Assembly (NCBI GenBank): GCA_002269645.1
Contig: NIVC01001914.1
Span: 124,001-188,000, forward strand
Source: Macrostomum lignano
Lineage: Eukaryota
DNA: 64,000 bases
Direction: 5' to 3'
Shown here piece after piece: positions 60,487-64,000 of this stretch; position 1 is the stretch's first letter; the number at the start of each line of letters is the position of its first letter. Made by a program: the position numbers and the translations under genes. The notes beneath the pieces were generated by a model. It had not been told where the DNA came from. It did not search any database and saw nothing but the letters and a program-made list of their open reading frames with translations.

Positions 60487-61814
60487 CCAGTAGCTAAGTG
60501 CAACAATTTCCTTAGCTTTATAGTGGCTCCTTTAAATTGGCATGGCGCTTTATACCTTTACATTTGAAATTGTATATCTTTAATGTTTGACATGGTGGCT
60601 CTTCTATGTTTGACATGGTGGCTCTTCTATGTTTGACATGGTGGCTCTTCTATGTTTGACATGGTGGCTCTTGTATGTTCGACATGGTGGCTCTTTTAAT
60701 GTTCGACATGGTGGCTCTTTTAATGGTTGACATGGTGGCTCTTCTATGTTTGACATGGTGGCTCTTGTATGTTTGACATGGTGGCTCTTTTAATGGTCGA
60801 CATGGTGGCTCTTTAATGTTCTTCATGATGGCTCTTTTATGTTTGACATGGTGGCTGTTTTATGTTTGACATGGTGGCTCTTTAATATTCTACATGGTGG
60901 CTCTTTTATGTTCGATATGGTGGCTCTTTTATTTTTGACATGGTGGCTCTTCTATGTTTGACATGGTGGCTCTTCTATGTTTGACATGGTGGCTCTTGTA
61001 TGTTTGACATGGTGGCTCTTTTAATGGTCGACATGGTGGCTCTTTAATGTTCTTCATGATGGCTCTTTTATGTTTGACATGGTGGCTGTTTTATGTTTGA
61101 CATGGTGGCTCTTTAATATTCTACATGGTGGCTCTTTTATGTTCGATATGGTGGCTCTTTTATTTTTGACATGGTGGCTCTTCTATGTTTGACATTGCGC
61201 TTCTTTTATGTTTAGCAGTTTTTTGTTTTTAAGTTGTTTTAATAAAAAAATCATTTTGCGCTACTAAGATTCAAACCCAGATCGCTACATTAGCAGTCCA
61301 GTCTGTTTGCATCTAGGCTATCTTTTTTCAATTGGAGCACATGAATTGTGGCCCTTTTAATTCAATTCTTACAGCAAGTCAATTGGAGTAAAAAGTTATG
61401 ACATAATCAATTTCTCAGTCAGCCAGTATCAGTCTCAATTTAAGTTAGCAATATGGTTACGCAATTTAAATCAAGTTGTGTGTGCATTTCTTCGACACTG
61501 TTTTCAATTTGTTGCGATGCAATCTTTATCAGAATTGAAATTCAGCCAGTCAGTTTTTTCTCTAGCATTCTTACAATGCATTTCAAGTCAAAATTTTGCT
61601 TGACCTTTGCAAGAAAGCATGTTTTTCGAATATTTAATCCCTTTCACATTTAGCAATTTCCTAGCTAAGATGCATGTACCGTCCCAGAAAAATTTCTGAT
61701 CGAATGGTGCAAGTTTGAAGAAAATCGGTTGAGCCGTTTTTTCTGAAATCTATCGCATACCCATATACATACATACATACATACATACAGACAACTCATT
61801 TTTAGTATATAGGA
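60487..61814 (-). mobile_element. Non-autonomous Helitron-like element, copy 2
   Basis: Colinear with copy 1 (same minisatellite 60585-61200, same unique body); (TACA)n near the 5' end; AGCTAAG..CTTAGCT hairpin then CTGG|T at the 3' end. Confidence 0.6.
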
Positions 61815-61948
61815 CATGAATATACACAATAATATATAGAATAGTAGCTATAGGTAACATGATCTATTCTAGACCTAAAATCTAGGCAAAAATGGAGATA
61901 GCAATCTTACCAAGCTAAAAAATGATCTTTTTAAATTCAATACATGTA

Positions 61949-63294
61949 CTAGGGTTGTCAGAAAAGTTCTGTGTATTAGAGAATAGCTCAGCTCTATGAA
62001 TAGCTGAAGAGTTGGGGTTTTAGCCATAGATATATACATATATAAAGAGTCGCTAGCTTCAGTTTTAGAGCACCATATCATTTCTAGCCAAAATAGCAAT
62101 AATTTTTCAACCACACCCATGGTGCATTCCGTCCCGCGAGAGTTTTTCTAAACGCGACAATCGAGCAATCATCAAGTTTCATGTCCTTCAGGGGCATTCA
62201 GCAACCGAGATTTTTGAAGAAATGCGGCAGACCATAGGAGACTTTTGCCCATCTTATGAGACGATTCGCCGCTGGGCTATTGCCATTCGCAACGGTAAAG
62301 AAGACCTCGACGACAAGCCACGCAGTGGACGACCAACGAGTGCTCGGACTGACAGCCTAGTGAGTCAGGTGGAGGCAGCCGTGCTGCAGGACCAGAGACT
62401 GACCACCAGGCAGCTGGCTGATACCATAGGGGACTAGGGGTGTCCCACGACTCAGTCCACAAGATCCTGACTGAGGACCTTGGGATGCGCAAGGTCTGTG
62501 CCAAGTGGGTGCCGCATCTGCTCACTGACGATTAGCGGGCTCGGCGGGTTGCCATGTGTGTATCCAACCTGCAGCGGTGTCGGCAGGAGGGCATGGCATT
62601 CTTGCAAAGGATCGTTGCCTGTGATGAAACCTGGGCGCATTCTTGGGAGGCAGAGTTGAAGCGGCAGAGTACCACTTGGTGCAGGCCAGGTTCTCCGTGA
62701 CCTCAAAAGGCCATCCGGAGCATTGGCCAGCTGAAGGTCATGCACGTGACTTTCTTCAACCAGGAGGGTCTGTTGTTTGATCAGCCTGTGCCAGTGGGGC
62801 AGACAATCAATGGTGATTTCTACCTGTCAGTTTTGGTGAAAGTTCGGCGTGCCATTTGGGACAAAGACCTGCACTTCACGCGGCTGGCCCAATTCTGCTT
62901 CACAAAAATGCAGCCCCGCACCGAAAGCAAAGCGTGCTGGCTACGATTGAGTCGTGGGGGTGGGAAATTCTTCTGCATCTGCCTTATTCCCCGGACTTAA
63001 GTCCATGCGACTTTTTCCTCTTCCCTTGCATCAAGGAGTCGATGCGAGGCCAGCGTTTTAGCACAGAGGAAGACGTGAATCAGGCCTACAAGGCTGGCAT
63101 TGCCGCCGTGACGAACAATGGCATGACTACAAGCATTGACGGGCTAGTGCAGCATTGGGAGAAGTGTATTGAAGCTGAGGGCTCATACTTTGAGTGAATA
63201 TATGTTAAGGAAGACATTTGTAACTTTTCATGTTTCTTCTGTTTATTGTTCTCAAGTTATTACAATATACACAGAACTTTTCTGACAACCCTCG
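61949..63294 (+). mobile_element. Full-length but inactivated mariner (Tc1/mariner DD34D) transposon, 1346 bp
   Basis: 28-bp TIRs (61949-61976 / 63267-63294, one mismatch) flanked by TA on both sides. The transposase at 62119-63197 has RSGRP, WVPHLL, CDETW and YSPDLSPCD motifs but carries frameshifts, stops and HDN->HKN. Confidence 0.95.
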
Positions 63295-64000
63295 TATATG
63301 TTTATAGATATAGAGATATTTAGATTACAAATCTGATTTCATAATCAGAAAATAGGCCTATAAGTAAAGTCAATTTCTATATTTAAGAATTAGAAAAGGC
63401 CTATTTTATTCTTCTTCTTAATTGTCATCTAGGGTATTTCAAAGGCTGCCAAAAGATTATCATTGATTCTAAATAGGTCAGCAGTATAAAAGTATATTTA
63501 TACTACTATATGGTATGTTGCTATAAAATACAGCAGAGTATTAGGGCCTATACTATTAAAGCAACAAGAAAAAGCCACACAAACTAAAAGTTGACTAAAG
63601 TTTTCTACTTAGGCCTATTTGAGTCCTTGTGATTTACCTATTGGCGAAAATTATCTCTATATTTCCCTATAAATAGTAAGTGTTAATATTAGAAAATTGG
63701 CCTCTAAAAGTTTTTCTATATAATATATAAGTTGTACTATTTTTTTCTATTTCTACAAACCTTCAATGGTAATGGCTTTAAGCTCAATTCTGCAACATAT
63801 TCAGAAAACTAAAAATGATTTTAACCAAAAAGAAAGAAATTTTACTAGGCCTAAAGCATATTATTTATTTGCTTTGGTTATTAAACTCTACCGAATAAAC
63901 CCAATTTTAATACTGGATCACATCATGCCAATCACTGAAGTACAAACTTCAAACCACTTTAAACCACAAAGAATCTATAATCACAAAGTTAAAAGAAAAT

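Noticed and set aside
62119-63197. Active or domesticated mariner transposase
   Set aside because: Several frameshifts and stops, and the second catalytic Asp is lost

Overview
Eukaryotic (animal) genomic DNA with spliceosomal introns and GC-rich exons separated by very dense simple and minisatellite repeats. The style suggests a free-living flatworm such as Macrostomum, but that is inference. Four protein-coding genes were reconstructed by hand from splice sites and reading phase. (1) A plus-strand echinoid-like cell adhesion receptor: 7 Ig, FN3, degenerate FN3, TM, C-terminal RKVIYEVVV; exons 11582-32657, 5' end unresolved. (2) A minus-strand divergent Bicaudal-C/GLD-3-like KH protein, which appears to splice across an 8-kb satellite-filled intron onto a C2H2 zinc-finger exon (43645-33706). 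(3) A minus-strand C1orf53/DUF5522-like small protein (45289-44812). (4) A minus-strand DENND1/connecdenn-like Rab GEF (55453-47558). Mobile elements: a dead mariner with TIRs and TA TSD, two tandem Helitron-like non-autonomous elements carrying a minisatellite and a tRNA-like segment, a hAT-type MITE, a tRNA-derived SINE and a Tc1-like remnant. Most long ORFs in the track are translated repeats. The most interesting signals are in RNA processing: the TM exon sits between inverted copies of one minisatellite, there is a candidate 3/6-nt microexon, nearly every sizeable intron carries its own minisatellite, and the KH-plus-zinc-finger architecture is unusual.
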